64,000 nucleotides of DNA from Planctomycetota bacterium (GCA_947444055.1 CANEYR010000014.1:1738-65737); one strand, 5' to 3'; shown: positions 26,245 through 35,159, counted from the first letter of the stretch. A program made the numbers and translations. Notes: generated by a model not told the origin, from the sequence alone.

Positions 26245-27566
26245 GCGCCACCCTCGTGCTGCACACTGTCGAGCAGTTCGCGAAAGGCCGTCAGCAGCGG
26301 CTCCGGCACCGGCCCCTGATGGTCGCGGTGGTAGCGGCGCACGAACACATCCTCAGGTTGCAGCGAGGCCAACTCGGTCGGCCGCGACGTGGCGTCGGGC
26401 GCGCCGCGTTCGCCCGCGAGAATGACCTCGACGCGCACGAGCCGTGCATTGCGATCGGCGATGGCGCGCGCAATACGTTCCCCGAGCAGCGGCGATGGTT
26501 GCGGCAAGCGCACCGCAACTTCGACCAGCGGCCGCAGCTCGTCGGCCATGTTCGCGTCGCGAGGTGGCAAGGCCGCCACCGCCGCCAGCGCCGCCTCGGG
26601 TTCGTGCTCGCCGTGCTCCGGCAACCGCACGAGTGGCACCAATTGCGGAACGCGCAGCGACCAGGTCTTGGCGAGGCGCTCGCCATCGAGATCGGCGAAC
26701 ACCACATGGTGTGCGTGCACACGTTCCGGCATCGACAGCGGAATCGGCGAACCGCTGTAGCGCACGTGTTCGTGACCAGCAACCGGCTGCGGCCGATGCA
26801 AGTGACCGAGTGCCACGTATGCACAGTCCGCGGGAAACAGATCGATCGGCAGCGCATGCTGATTGCCGCCGAGCACCTTGCGTTCACTCAGCTCGCTAAG
26901 CGCGCCGCCGACCAGATACCCGTGCGCCATGGTGACCAACGCTTGGCCTGGCGTGCGAACGGACTGCGCCGCCGCGAACACTTCGGCGTGCAGCGCGCGC
27001 ATGCCGTCGATCAGCGGATCGCCAACGTCTTCGGGTGCAGTCGCGGCGCCAGGTCGCGGCAACACATAGTCCGTGCGATCGACGGCGACGGCGCTCGACG
27101 GGCTGGGCAACAGCGCCAGCACATCACTGCTGCGCAAGAACGGGATCGCGACACACCACGCCGCCACGTCGCCCGCCCGGTTGCGCAACGGCACCAGCAG
27201 GTCCTGGGTTCGCAGACGTCCATTCGCATCGCGCTCGATCGAGCCGATCACCCGCACATCGAACGCCGCCAGCAGTTCGCGCGGGGCGACCAACCGCGCT
27301 GCCGAGTCGTGGTTGCCGGCGATCACCACCACCTGCACGTTGGGGCTCGCGCGCTTCAGTTCGCCAAGAAACCAGAACCACCGCCGCAGCGACGACGGCG
27401 GCGGATTGGCCGCATCGAAGACATCGCCCGCAATCAGCAGCGCATTCACTTCGCGCGCCACCACCGTGCCGATCAGCCAGCGCAGGAAGTGCTCGTGCTC
27501 CGCCTCGCGCGAGTGATCGCGCAGGGTGTGGCCGAGGTGCCAGTCCGCGGTGTGCAGGATGCGCAT
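26241..27566 (-). CDS. sbcD: SbcD nuclease subunit (Mre11-type, 441 aa)
   Basis: MRILHTADWHLG, LLIAGDVFD and VIAGNHDS phosphoesterase motifs. ATGA overlap with the sbcC start. The upstream 312 codons of ORF 26241..28502 are antisense to the next gene. Confidence 0.95.
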   Translation of the reverse strand: MRILHTADWHLGHTLRDHSREAEHEHFLRWLIGTVVAREVNALLIAGDVFDAANPPPSSLRRWFWFLGELKRASPNVQVVVIAGNHDSAARLVAPRELLAAFDVRVIGSIERDANGRLRTQDLLVPLRNRAGDVAAWCVAIPFLRSSDVLALLPSPSSAVAVDRTDYVLPRPGAATAPEDVGDPLIDGMRALHAEVFAAAQSVRTPGQALVTMAHGYLVGGALSELSERKVLGGNQHALPIDLFPADCAYVALGHLHRPQPVAGHEHVRYSGSPIPLSMPERVHAHHVVFADLDGERLAKTWSLRVPQLVPLVRLPEHGEHEPEAALAAVAALPPRDANMADELRPLVEVAVRLPQPSPLLGERIARAIADRNARLVRVEVILAGERGAPDATSRPTELASLQPEDVFVRRYHRDHQGPVPEPLLTAFRELLDSVQHEGGA

Positions 27567-27635
27567 CGAGAGGTGGGGCACGGATCTCGCGTCTGGCCCC
27601 TGGCCCGAACGCAGGACCGCGCACATTCTCGCAGC

Positions 27636-28556
27636 ATGCCGAACTGCCGCCTGCTCGCAATCCTGTTGCTGTTGGTCGCGTGCGCCACCCACGTGCCGCC
27701 GATCGCCGATCGCGCCGACGACCCTCGCTTGCTGGCCGAAGTGCGCGCCGTCGTCGCCGAACTGGGCCACGGCATGCGCGCTGCCGTGTGGCTCGGTCCC
27801 GCCCGCGGCGAACCACAGCTCGCGTGGAACGTCGAGGCGACGATGCCGTGCGCCAGCGCGATCAAGGCCGCGTATCTGGTCGAACTGTTCGCGGCGCACG
27901 CGGACGCGCTCGATCGCCCGTTGCCCGGCGCCGATGCCGTGCTCGCCGACGACCAGCACCCAGCCGTGGCGCACTTCACGCCAGCCCAGCGGGCTGTGGC
28001 TCAGCAGGCGCTCGCTGGCGTCAGCACGCGCCGCCTGGCCGAAGCGATGATCTCGAGCAAGGGCGTCGACAACCTCACCTACAACGTCGCGGCCAATCTG
28101 GTGACCGCCTGCCTCGGTGGCCCCATTTGGCTGCAGTCGAAAGTGCACGCGCGCGACCCGCTGTGGCGGGGTCTGCACGTGCGCCGCTACATGCTCACGG
28201 ATCGCACCGTGAACGGCGACAACGACGCCACGGCGCATTCGCTCGCCGCCGTGCATGGCTCCCTCGCGGCGCGGTCGGTCGACGGGCTGTCGCGCCAGAC
28301 CATCGAGGCCTGCCGCCTGATCCTGGTGCGGGCCGCCGATGCCCAAGGTCGCGCGGTGTTCGCCAAGGGCGGCGCCCTCGACAGCGACCCCGTCACGCGC
28401 GTCGAGGCCGGCTGGCGCGAAGGGCCGCAGGGCGCTGTCGTGCACGTCGTGATGCTGGCCCAGGACGGCGTCGCGGCGGCCGAACGCACCGCCGCCGGCC
28501 AACGACTCGGCGCTGCCGCCCGTCGCATCGAACAGTTGCTGCTGGCGCCGCGATGA
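27636..28556 (+). CDS. Class-A beta-lactamase-like serine hydrolase lipoprotein (306 aa)
   Basis: Lipobox LLLLVAC and an S-x-x-K motif (CASAIKAAYLVEL). Length and helical pattern resemble class A beta-lactamase-fold proteins. Function not inferred. Confidence 0.7.
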   Translation: MPNCRLLAILLLLVACATHVPPIADRADDPRLLAEVRAVVAELGHGMRAAVWLGPARGEPQLAWNVEATMPCASAIKAAYLVELFAAHADALDRPLPGADAVLADDQHPAVAHFTPAQRAVAQQALAGVSTRRLAEAMISSKGVDNLTYNVAANLVTACLGGPIWLQSKVHARDPLWRGLHVRRYMLTDRTVNGDNDATAHSLAAVHGSLAARSVDGLSRQTIEACRLILVRAADAQGRAVFAKGGALDSDPVTRVEAGWREGPQGAVVHVVMLAQDGVAAAERTAAGQRLGAAARRIEQLLLAPR

Positions 28557-28636
28557 GACTCGTGTCGTGGGAGCGTTCGTACCGTCCCCGTAACTCGCGG
28601 CTCGGCCAACCCGTCACCACTCGCCACTCTCCCTCG

Positions 28637-30349
28637 ATGCACCGATTCACCGCCGCATTCGCGTTCTCGCTGATCCCGTTGGCCGCGCAGACACCGAACG
28701 TGCTGCTGGTCGTCGCTGACGACGTCGGGGTCGATTCGATCGGTTGTTATGGCCTTGGCAGCAATCCGCCGCCAACGCCAGCCATCGACGCCCTGGCCGC
28801 GCGCGGCATTCGCTTCGCCAATGCCCAGGCGTGCCCGCTTTGCTCGCCAACGCGAGCGTCGGTGCTTACGGGCCGCCACTGCTTTCGCACCGGCGTCGGC
28901 ACGGCGCTGATGAACGGCCCAGGCCTCGCCGCCAGTGAAGTGCTGCTGCCAGAAATCCTCGGCCCGGCGGGCGTGCAAACGGCACTGATGGGCAAGTGGC
29001 ATCTCGGCACCGACCTCGGCGCCTTGACCCCGACGGCGGAGGGCTTTGGCACGTTCACTGGTTCGCTCGGCGGCACGCTGCCGAGCTACTACCAATGGGC
29101 GAAGGTCGAGAACGGCGTGTCGGCGACGTCCACCATCTACGCGACGACCGACGCCGTCGATGAAGCGTTGACGTTCGTGGCGGCGACGGCCCAGCCGTGG
29201 TTCTTGATGCTCAGCTTCAACTCCGGCCACTCGCCCTACGAGGCGCCGCCCGCCGCACTGCACACGCAGAACCTCGCCGGTCTCAATCCGGCGACGATGC
29301 CGATTCCGTTCTTCAAGGCGATGGTGCAGGCGATGGACAACGAGCTCAATCGCTTCCTGACCACGTTGCCCCCGGCGACGCTGGCCAACACCACCGTCAT
29401 CTTTCTCGGTGACAACGGCACCACTTCGGCGGTGACGCAAGCGCCGTTCATCCCGCAGCGCAGCAAGGGCACGATCTACCAGGGTGGCATCCGCGTGCCG
29501 CTGATCGTGGCGGGGCCGGCCGTCGGTGGCGCGCCGCGCGTCGAGTCCGCACTCGTGCATGCCGTTGATCTGTTTGCGACGATCGCCTCGCTGCAAGGCG
29601 CTGCCCTGCCAAGCAACGTCACGCTCGACACCATCAGTGCGACGGCACTGCTGGGCGCCGCCGGGCAACCAGCGCCGCGCACGTTCTCGTATTCGCAGCG
29701 GTTCGCAGGCAGCACGGCGATGGCCGCGAGCGGCGACACTGAGATGATTCGTAATGGCCAGTTCGAAGTGCTGCGTTTCGTGCAAGCGGCGCTGACGGTT
29801 CGCGAAGAGATGTACGACCTCACCGTCGACCCATGGGAGAACACCAACCTGCTGCTGCAGCCACTGTCGGCGACGGCGAGCGAGGCCTATCGGACGCTGC
29901 GACGCGAACTAGCAAAACTGCGCGGCTATGCGTGGAGCGCGAGCTACGGCACCGCTTGCAGCGGCGGCGGCCTGTCGCCGACCCTGGCGGTGCTCGGCAC
30001 CAGCACACCGACCATTGGCACCACGTTCAATCTGCGCGTGCAAGGACTCTCGGCCAGCGTGCTCGCCACCGTTGGCGCCATCGGCTTTCAGAACACGACG
30101 TGGAATGGTTCCCCGCTGCCGGTCGACCTCAGCACCATCGGCATGACCGGTTGCTCGCTGTGGGTTGACCCCGTGTTGACGACGGTGCTGACGCAGACCT
30201 TGACCACCGCCGCGATGCCGATCGTGCTGCCCAACTCGTCGTCGATCATCGGTGCCGCGCTGTTCGCCCAAGCGTTCCCGCTGGCAGCGAACGTCAATCC
30301 GGCCGGCATTCTGGCGACCGGCGCCATCGAAGCGATCGTCGGCGGCTGA
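28637..30349 (+). CDS. Arylsulfatase-family enzyme (570 aa) with the recurrent Cys module as a C-terminal extension
   Basis: Signal peptide, NVLLVVADDVG, the formylglycine motif CSPTRASVLTGR and GKWHLG. The last ~135 aa read TACSGGG...MTGCSLWVDP...IVLPNS...LFAQAF...ATGAIEAIVGG. Confidence 0.9.
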   Translation: MHRFTAAFAFSLIPLAAQTPNVLLVVADDVGVDSIGCYGLGSNPPPTPAIDALAARGIRFANAQACPLCSPTRASVLTGRHCFRTGVGTALMNGPGLAASEVLLPEILGPAGVQTALMGKWHLGTDLGALTPTAEGFGTFTGSLGGTLPSYYQWAKVENGVSATSTIYATTDAVDEALTFVAATAQPWFLMLSFNSGHSPYEAPPAALHTQNLAGLNPATMPIPFFKAMVQAMDNELNRFLTTLPPATLANTTVIFLGDNGTTSAVTQAPFIPQRSKGTIYQGGIRVPLIVAGPAVGGAPRVESALVHAVDLFATIASLQGAALPSNVTLDTISATALLGAAGQPAPRTFSYSQRFAGSTAMAASGDTEMIRNGQFEVLRFVQAALTVREEMYDLTVDPWENTNLLLQPLSATASEAYRTLRRELAKLRGYAWSASYGTACSGGGLSPTLAVLGTSTPTIGTTFNLRVQGLSASVLATVGAIGFQNTTWNGSPLPVDLSTIGMTGCSLWVDPVLTTVLTQTLTTAAMPIVLPNSSSIIGAALFAQAFPLAANVNPAGILATGAIEAIVGG

Positions 30350-30418
30350 CGCCGCTGAGCCCAAAGAAGTTCGCGCCCGAGCGTCGGCAGCACGGCGCGC
30401 GGCCGCTACCCTGCGCGC

Positions 30419-31393
30419 GTGCTCCCGACTTGCTTTCTCACCGGTGCCAGCGGCTTTGTCGGCCGCCATCTGGTGCCGATGCTCGCCCAGGAATACTCCC
30501 TGCGCGTGCTCGTGCGCCCTGAGCAGGTGGTGCCGCATCTGGCGACCGTCGCGCACGAACGCATCGAAGGTCGCCTCGCCGATGCCGCCGCCATCGCGCG
30601 CGGCGTCGCCGGCGCCGACACGATTGTGCACCTGGCGGCGTTGGTTTCGTTCCGCCGCGAGGACCGCGAGGCAATGTTTGCGGCGAATGCCACGGCTACC
30701 GGCGCCCTCGCGGCGGCAGCGCGGGCAGCCGGCGTGCGGCGCTTTCTGCACGTCTCGACGATTTCGGCGGTGGCCTTCCGGGATCGCCCAGAGGCGGTGG
30801 ACGAAACGACGCCGTTCAATTTTGGGCCACTGCACATCGGCTACTGCGACAGCAAGTTCGAAGCCGAACGGCATGTGCTCGCTGAGTGTCGGCGCGGGCT
30901 CGATGTGGTGATCGTCAATCCGGCCTCGATGTACGGCGTCGGCGATCGCCGCAAAGGCGATGGCTCGCTGCTCGGCGCCGTGTTCGCCGGCCAAGTGAAG
31001 TTGGCGCCGCCCGGCGGCCTCAATGTCGCCAACGTCGTCGACATCTGCGGCGGGCTGATGGCCGCGCTAAAGAAGGGACGCCGCGGCGAGCGCTACATCC
31101 TTGGCGGCGAGAACCTGACTGGCGCCGAACTGCTGCAACGCATCGCCCGCATCATCGGCGGCCGCGCACCGCGCAAGGTAGCACCCCGCCGACTCGTGGC
31201 GGCAGCGGCGCGCGCGCTGCGTTGGAAGGAACGACTGCTCGGCAGCAAGTCGCCGGTCACCAGCGAGATCCTGCTGTTGGCGGGGCGCTTCCTGTGGTTC
31301 TCCAGTGCGAAGGCCGAGCGCGAACTCGGCTGGCGCGCCGCCAGTGTCGACGTCGGCATCGAAGCCGCGTGGCGCGAGTTGCAGAACGGCTGA
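30419..31393 (+). CDS. NAD-dependent epimerase/dehydratase family protein (HpnA/dihydroflavonol-reductase-like, 324 aa)
   Basis: TGASGFVGRHLV Rossmann motif and the YCDSK catalytic motif. Confidence 0.9.
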   Translation: MLPTCFLTGASGFVGRHLVPMLAQEYSLRVLVRPEQVVPHLATVAHERIEGRLADAAAIARGVAGADTIVHLAALVSFRREDREAMFAANATATGALAAAARAAGVRRFLHVSTISAVAFRDRPEAVDETTPFNFGPLHIGYCDSKFEAERHVLAECRRGLDVVIVNPASMYGVGDRRKGDGSLLGAVFAGQVKLAPPGGLNVANVVDICGGLMAALKKGRRGERYILGGENLTGAELLQRIARIIGGRAPRKVAPRRLVAAAARALRWKERLLGSKSPVTSEILLLAGRFLWFSSAKAERELGWRAASVDVGIEAAWRELQNG

Positions 31394-31557
31394 GCAACGG
31401 TCGACGGCGCCTGCGCAGGATTTCGCGCCAAAGTGCTCCCGTTGCGTTTGAGCAGACACATTAGCGCCGGCGGGAAGGTGCTGCGCGGGTCGCACCTCTC
31501 ACATTCCACTCGGCCCGCGAATGGGTGCCACGGCACTCAAAACAGGAGAGTCTCACC

Positions 31558-31980
31558 ATGATCACGAAGTTCCTGATGACAGCAGCGGCGTTGGTGTTCG
31601 GCTTGCAGTTGGCAGCGCAGTCGAGCTGCCCCAAGGAGTTCGCGGAGAATCAGCCAGGGCGCATCGAGTACGGGGCCTCGCAAAACTGCGGCAGCGTCAC
31701 CTACTCGTTCGGCGGCGTGACGGTCACGACAACCAATGGCGGCTGCCCGCTGTTCGCTCTGATCACGCCGCCGCACCAGAAGGCGGCCCGCACGAACATG
31801 GAGACGATGGTGCAGGTGACCGGAACGGTGCCGGTGACGATGCACTACTTCGTTTGTGTGACCCGCTACTGGCTGTTCATCCCCATTGGCACCAGCTGCC
31901 AGTTTGATCGCATGGTCGTTGCCTACAGCCTGGACCGGCTGACCACGATCCCGTGCCCAGCTCCGAAACCGCAGTCGTGA
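31558..31980 (+). CDS. Small secreted Cys-rich protein (140 aa), a paralog of 22603..22971
   Basis: GGAGAG Shine-Dalgarno 8 nt upstream of the ATG. Signal peptide MITKFLMTAAALVFGLQLAAQ. Six Cys in the mature part. Confidence 0.65.
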   Translation: MITKFLMTAAALVFGLQLAAQSSCPKEFAENQPGRIEYGASQNCGSVTYSFGGVTVTTTNGGCPLFALITPPHQKAARTNMETMVQVTGTVPVTMHYFVCVTRYWLFIPIGTSCQFDRMVVAYSLDRLTTIPCPAPKPQS

Positions 31981-32001
31981 TGCCCCCGGTGGAGCACTAC
32001 T

Positions 32002-32046
32002 AGGGGGAGTCTCATCACGTTGACGGGGCTCCCCCTCTCACTTTTT
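32002..32046 (+). terminator. Possible intrinsic terminator after the small secreted-protein gene
   Basis: An 8-bp stem, AGGGGGAG (32002-32009) pairing with CTCCCCCT (32029-32036), followed by CTCACTTTTT. The loop is long (19 nt), so this is weak. Confidence 0.35.
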
Positions 32047-32057
32047 GGAGTCTCCCC

Positions 32058-33563
32058 ATGCAAGCGCCCCGCTGGCGGCAGAAGCCGCTGACGTACCTCA
32101 TTCCGCTGTTCGTCGGCTCGTTCCTGCTCGCCCTGATCCTCGCCCTGAATTGGCCGCGACCTCACGTCGAATCGGCCGCGGCGCCCGCGCCGGTCACCAG
32201 CAACGGAGCCGCACTCGTCTCCGCCCCACCACCGATCGCGGCGACCAGCACCGAACTGCCGCGCGAAGCGGCGACCCCCACCGAGGCCGTCGCCCTGCGC
32301 TCGTTCGAAGACCTCATCGACGACCTCGTGCGCCTCGGCCAGCGCACCGCCGAGCTGGCGCAACAGGATGACGTGACCGCCGCCACCGAATCCGATCAGC
32401 AATCGCGGGCGCGCTTTGGCGAGCTCATGGAACGCTTCAAAGACGCGGGCGAACGCGCCATCGGCATGGCGACGACTCTCGTTGGCGATCCAGCGTCCCC
32501 CACCACCAGCGGCGACGCGTTGACGAGCGGCCGCCGCATCGTGTTGCAACTCGTGCTGCGAACGGAATGCGAACGCCGCCACTCCGGGGCCGCCGCCGCC
32601 AACGACTACACGCGCATCAATGCCCTCGTGCAGGCCGCACTCGATGTCATGCCAAGCACGCCGATCACCGCCTTGGTCGGCGAGCACGTGCTCAACAAGC
32701 AACGCTTCCTGCGCGCGGTGCACGAGCCGAGCGTGCTGGGGCTCGTCAAGCTCGCTGCCGAAGAACGCTTCCCGCGGGAGATCGCCACCCAACTGCTGCT
32801 GACCCTCTGGGACAACCTGCAGCTCTACAACGAACGCTCCTCCGACGAAATGTCGCGGCTGGCGCTGCTGCTGCTGACGGACAGCGATCCAAGCCAACGC
32901 ACAGCGGCCTGCCGACAGCTGCTCAAAGACCCCCGCTACCGCGGCCTCGTGCTGGCTTGGCTGCGCGAACACAACGACACCAACGTTGCCAATGAGATCG
33001 CCGGGCTCGCCGCCCGCGAGCTGCCACCGGCCGAAGCCCTGGCGCTCCTGCGAGAACTGGCGCCGATCTTGCCGCGCGCCACCAGCGCCTACATGGTGCT
33101 GGGCTTCCGCGCCCCGGAGGCGGTCGCCGACAACTACCGCGAATTGCTCGCGACCAACACCAACAGCAACATCCGCTGCGACCTGGTGAGCGGCGTCGGC
33201 ATGGCACGCACACCACTCGGCCTCGAAGTCGCCCAGCTCGCGCTGCAGAACGACCCGTCGCTGGACGTTCGCATGCGGGCGGTCTTCGCCCTCACCAGCC
33301 GCGGCGAGCCAGGCATTGCCGAGAAGTCCTTGATGCAGGCCTTCGACGACCCGCGCCTGACCAGCGATCCAATCCGGGTCGGCTCGCTGGTGCTGGCCCT
33401 GCAGAATCTGGAAGCCAGCGGCGACATGAACGCCATCGATCGCCTGGGGCAGCGCTTGCGCGGGCTCGCCATGGACGCCAAGAGCCGGGAAACCCTGGAG
33501 GCGATCTTGCACCGCTGCCTACCTGGCGGCCAATCGGCGACACCAGGCGGCTCACCGCGGTGA
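32058..33563 (+). CDS. Membrane-anchored HEAT/armadillo-like repeat protein (501 aa)
   Basis: N-terminal TM (LTYLIPLFVGSFLLALILAL), then helical repeats with HEAT-like signatures (DSDPSQRTAACRQL, DPSLDVRMRAVFALTS). Confidence 0.7.
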   Translation: MQAPRWRQKPLTYLIPLFVGSFLLALILALNWPRPHVESAAAPAPVTSNGAALVSAPPPIAATSTELPREAATPTEAVALRSFEDLIDDLVRLGQRTAELAQQDDVTAATESDQQSRARFGELMERFKDAGERAIGMATTLVGDPASPTTSGDALTSGRRIVLQLVLRTECERRHSGAAAANDYTRINALVQAALDVMPSTPITALVGEHVLNKQRFLRAVHEPSVLGLVKLAAEERFPREIATQLLLTLWDNLQLYNERSSDEMSRLALLLLTDSDPSQRTAACRQLLKDPRYRGLVLAWLREHNDTNVANEIAGLAARELPPAEALALLRELAPILPRATSAYMVLGFRAPEAVADNYRELLATNTNSNIRCDLVSGVGMARTPLGLEVAQLALQNDPSLDVRMRAVFALTSRGEPGIAEKSLMQAFDDPRLTSDPIRVGSLVLALQNLEASGDMNAIDRLGQRLRGLAMDAKSRETLEAILHRCLPGGQSATPGGSPR

Positions 33564-33615
33564 CGGCACCGCCAATTGAGCGAGCAACACGTCGAGCGGA
33601 CGCACAACCCAAACT

Positions 33616-33683
33616 CGATCGAGGCGCCGACGCGATCGAGGCGCCGACACGATCGGCACGCCGATACGACCAGCGCGCCGACT
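33616..33683. repeat. Four tandem, progressively degenerating 17-bp units (cgatcgaggcgccgacg type)
   Basis: The units are cgatcgaggcgccgacg, cgatcgaggcgccgaca, cgatcggcacgccgata and cgaccagcgcgccgact. They lie in the convergent intergenic space just 3' of rpmG. Confidence 0.8.
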
Positions 33684-33687
33684 TCGC

Positions 33688-33852
33688 CTACTTCTTCTTC
33701 TCGATGTGCTTGGTGTGCTTGCGCACGCGTGGCGAGTACTTCATGAGCTCCAGCTTGTTGGTGCCGGGCTTCTTCATGATGGTGTAGTTGCGATCGCCGG
33801 TCTCTTGACAGACCAGGAACACGATCTCTTTCTTCTTCTTCGATTTGGCCAT
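33688..33852 (-). CDS. rpmG: 50S ribosomal protein L33 (54 aa)
   Basis: MAKSKKKKEIVFLVCQETGDRNYTIMKKPGTNKLELMKYSPRVRKHTKHIEKKK. Confidence 0.95.
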   Translation of the reverse strand: MAKSKKKKEIVFLVCQETGDRNYTIMKKPGTNKLELMKYSPRVRKHTKHIEKKK

Positions 33853-33954
33853 GGCTGCTCGGGCGGCCGGGCACGGCCGCTTTCTGAGGGCGGGGGAGAG
33901 TAGCGGGCGCCGCCGACCATGCAAGGGTTTGCATGACCACGAACTCGCCGCCGC

Positions 33955-35079
33955 TCAGTATTCGAGGCGCAGCACGGGCATCTGCCCGAGGAAGGGCGGC
34001 CAAGGCGACGTCACCGTGCCGGCCGGAAAGAACATCGTGCTGCAGCGGTTGCCAACGCCCGCGGCCCCGACCACGACCGCCAGGCCATTCGTGAACGACA
34101 GGGGCAGCACCGGCCGCGACAGGTCGAGCCAAGCGGCCTGCAAGCCAAGGCGCGTTCCCAGTGGCGCGTTGCCTGGGATCGGCAACGAGGTAGCGAACTT
34201 GCCAGCCGCGTCGGTTGGCCCCACCCAAGCGACGTCGAACGGCGCCCACTGATGGCAGCCGACAAACCCCGGGTCGATCGGCAGCAACGAGGCACCAAAG
34301 CCCAGATAACCGGCCCCAGCCGGTCGTGTTTGCGGGTCCGTTCCAACCCAACAGAGCACAAAGCCCACCGAACTACCGATCGTCGGGGGCGCGCCGGTGA
34401 TCTCGAAGGCAGCCGTCGTGCCCGCCATCGGTCCTTGGGCCGCCGTCCAGCGCAGCAGCGCCGGTTCGGGACGCGTCGTGCAACTGCCGTCCCCGACGGT
34501 GACGACGTAACCCTGGTCCGCCCCGTCCGCTTGCCAAACCGCGTCCACCCAATGGTCGGTGCTGATCTGCAGCGGGGCATCCGAAGTCGCAATCTCGAGC
34601 ACCAAGGTGCCAGCGACGACCGGCAACGGCTGCGTGAACACGATGTGCACGAGGTCCGCTCCAACAGACGTCGCCGGACCCGGGGCGCTCACTGCGGCCG
34701 TGGTTACCGGGGCTGGACCGAACAGCACGATCGAGTTCGCTGGCCGGTTCTGGGCGATCGTTCCAGCCATTTGAAACGCCGCGTTCGGCGTGAAGCCACC
34801 GCGCACCGTCAACGTGCGGGTGATCGCCGGATAGGCGACATCGCCAGGCAGAGTTGGGCGTCGCAGCCACAGTCCGGTGACCGTCTGGCCGACGAAGTTC
34901 GTCGGTAGCATCGGCGGATCGACAAAGACCTGCAGCGTGCCGTGACTCCAGCGGAAGGGCAGAGAGATCGCGGCGTTGCCGGGCAAAGCCGCGCACAGGC
35001 TCGGCACCACCACCGACTGGGCAGGGGCTGCGGACAACACCAACGCCAAGAGGGCGGTAGCCAACGACCGGTGCAACAT
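33955..35079 (-). CDS. Secreted protein of unknown function (374 aa) with the recurrent Cys module
   Basis: Signal peptide MLHRSLATALLALVLSAAPAQS. The C-terminal half reads DGSCTT...FVGCHQWAPFD...ATSLPIPG...LGLQAAWLD...FTNGLAVVVG. Confidence 0.75.
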   Translation of the reverse strand: MLHRSLATALLALVLSAAPAQSVVVPSLCAALPGNAAISLPFRWSHGTLQVFVDPPMLPTNFVGQTVTGLWLRRPTLPGDVAYPAITRTLTVRGGFTPNAAFQMAGTIAQNRPANSIVLFGPAPVTTAAVSAPGPATSVGADLVHIVFTQPLPVVAGTLVLEIATSDAPLQISTDHWVDAVWQADGADQGYVVTVGDGSCTTRPEPALLRWTAAQGPMAGTTAAFEITGAPPTIGSSVGFVLCWVGTDPQTRPAGAGYLGFGASLLPIDPGFVGCHQWAPFDVAWVGPTDAAGKFATSLPIPGNAPLGTRLGLQAAWLDLSRPVLPLSFTNGLAVVVGAAGVGNRCSTMFFPAGTVTSPWPPFLGQMPVLRLEY

Positions 35080-35159
35080 GAGTTCGATCCTGGGAGGGAA
35101 GCACCGTTGGCATCGGCAGCGACGGCCGCCCGACCGTAGCCCTGGCGAAAACTGCCGCG

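Noticed and set aside
22996-27566. SMC-like ATPase plus nuclease as a defence system (Lamassu/Gabija-like)
   Set aside because: Motifs, sizes, the CxxC zinc hook, Mre11-type phosphoesterase motifs and the ATGA coupling are those of canonical SbcCD. There are no extra effector genes.
26256-28636. Very long + strand ORFs (766 aa at 26256..28556 and 1104 aa at 27035..30349) covering the sbcD region
   Set aside because: Their 5' parts are antisense to sbcD and compositionally biased. Only the 3' parts, from ATG 27636 (beta-lactamase-like) and ATG 28637 (sulfatase), show real protein features.
31923-33512. 529-aa minus-strand ORF
   Set aside because: It is antisense to the HEAT-repeat protein gene and has no motifs, signal peptide or sensible start context.
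33616-33683. Short tandem repeats (here, and the 12-nt repeat at 49803..49862) as a CRISPR array
   Set aside because: The units are directly adjacent with no spacers and are too short (17 and 12 nt). One is in-frame coding sequence, and no cas genes are present.
35081-35106. tRNA 3'-end-like string (GAGTTCGATCCTGGGAGGGAAGCACC) next to the start of 33955..35079, considered as an integration-site remnant
   Set aside because: The 5' half of the T-stem is not present, there is no CCA or matching acceptor stem, and no full tRNA or second copy exists in the window. A similar TCGAATCC...CACCA string at ~21450-21480 lies inside the TerB-like CDS. Both are probably chance.
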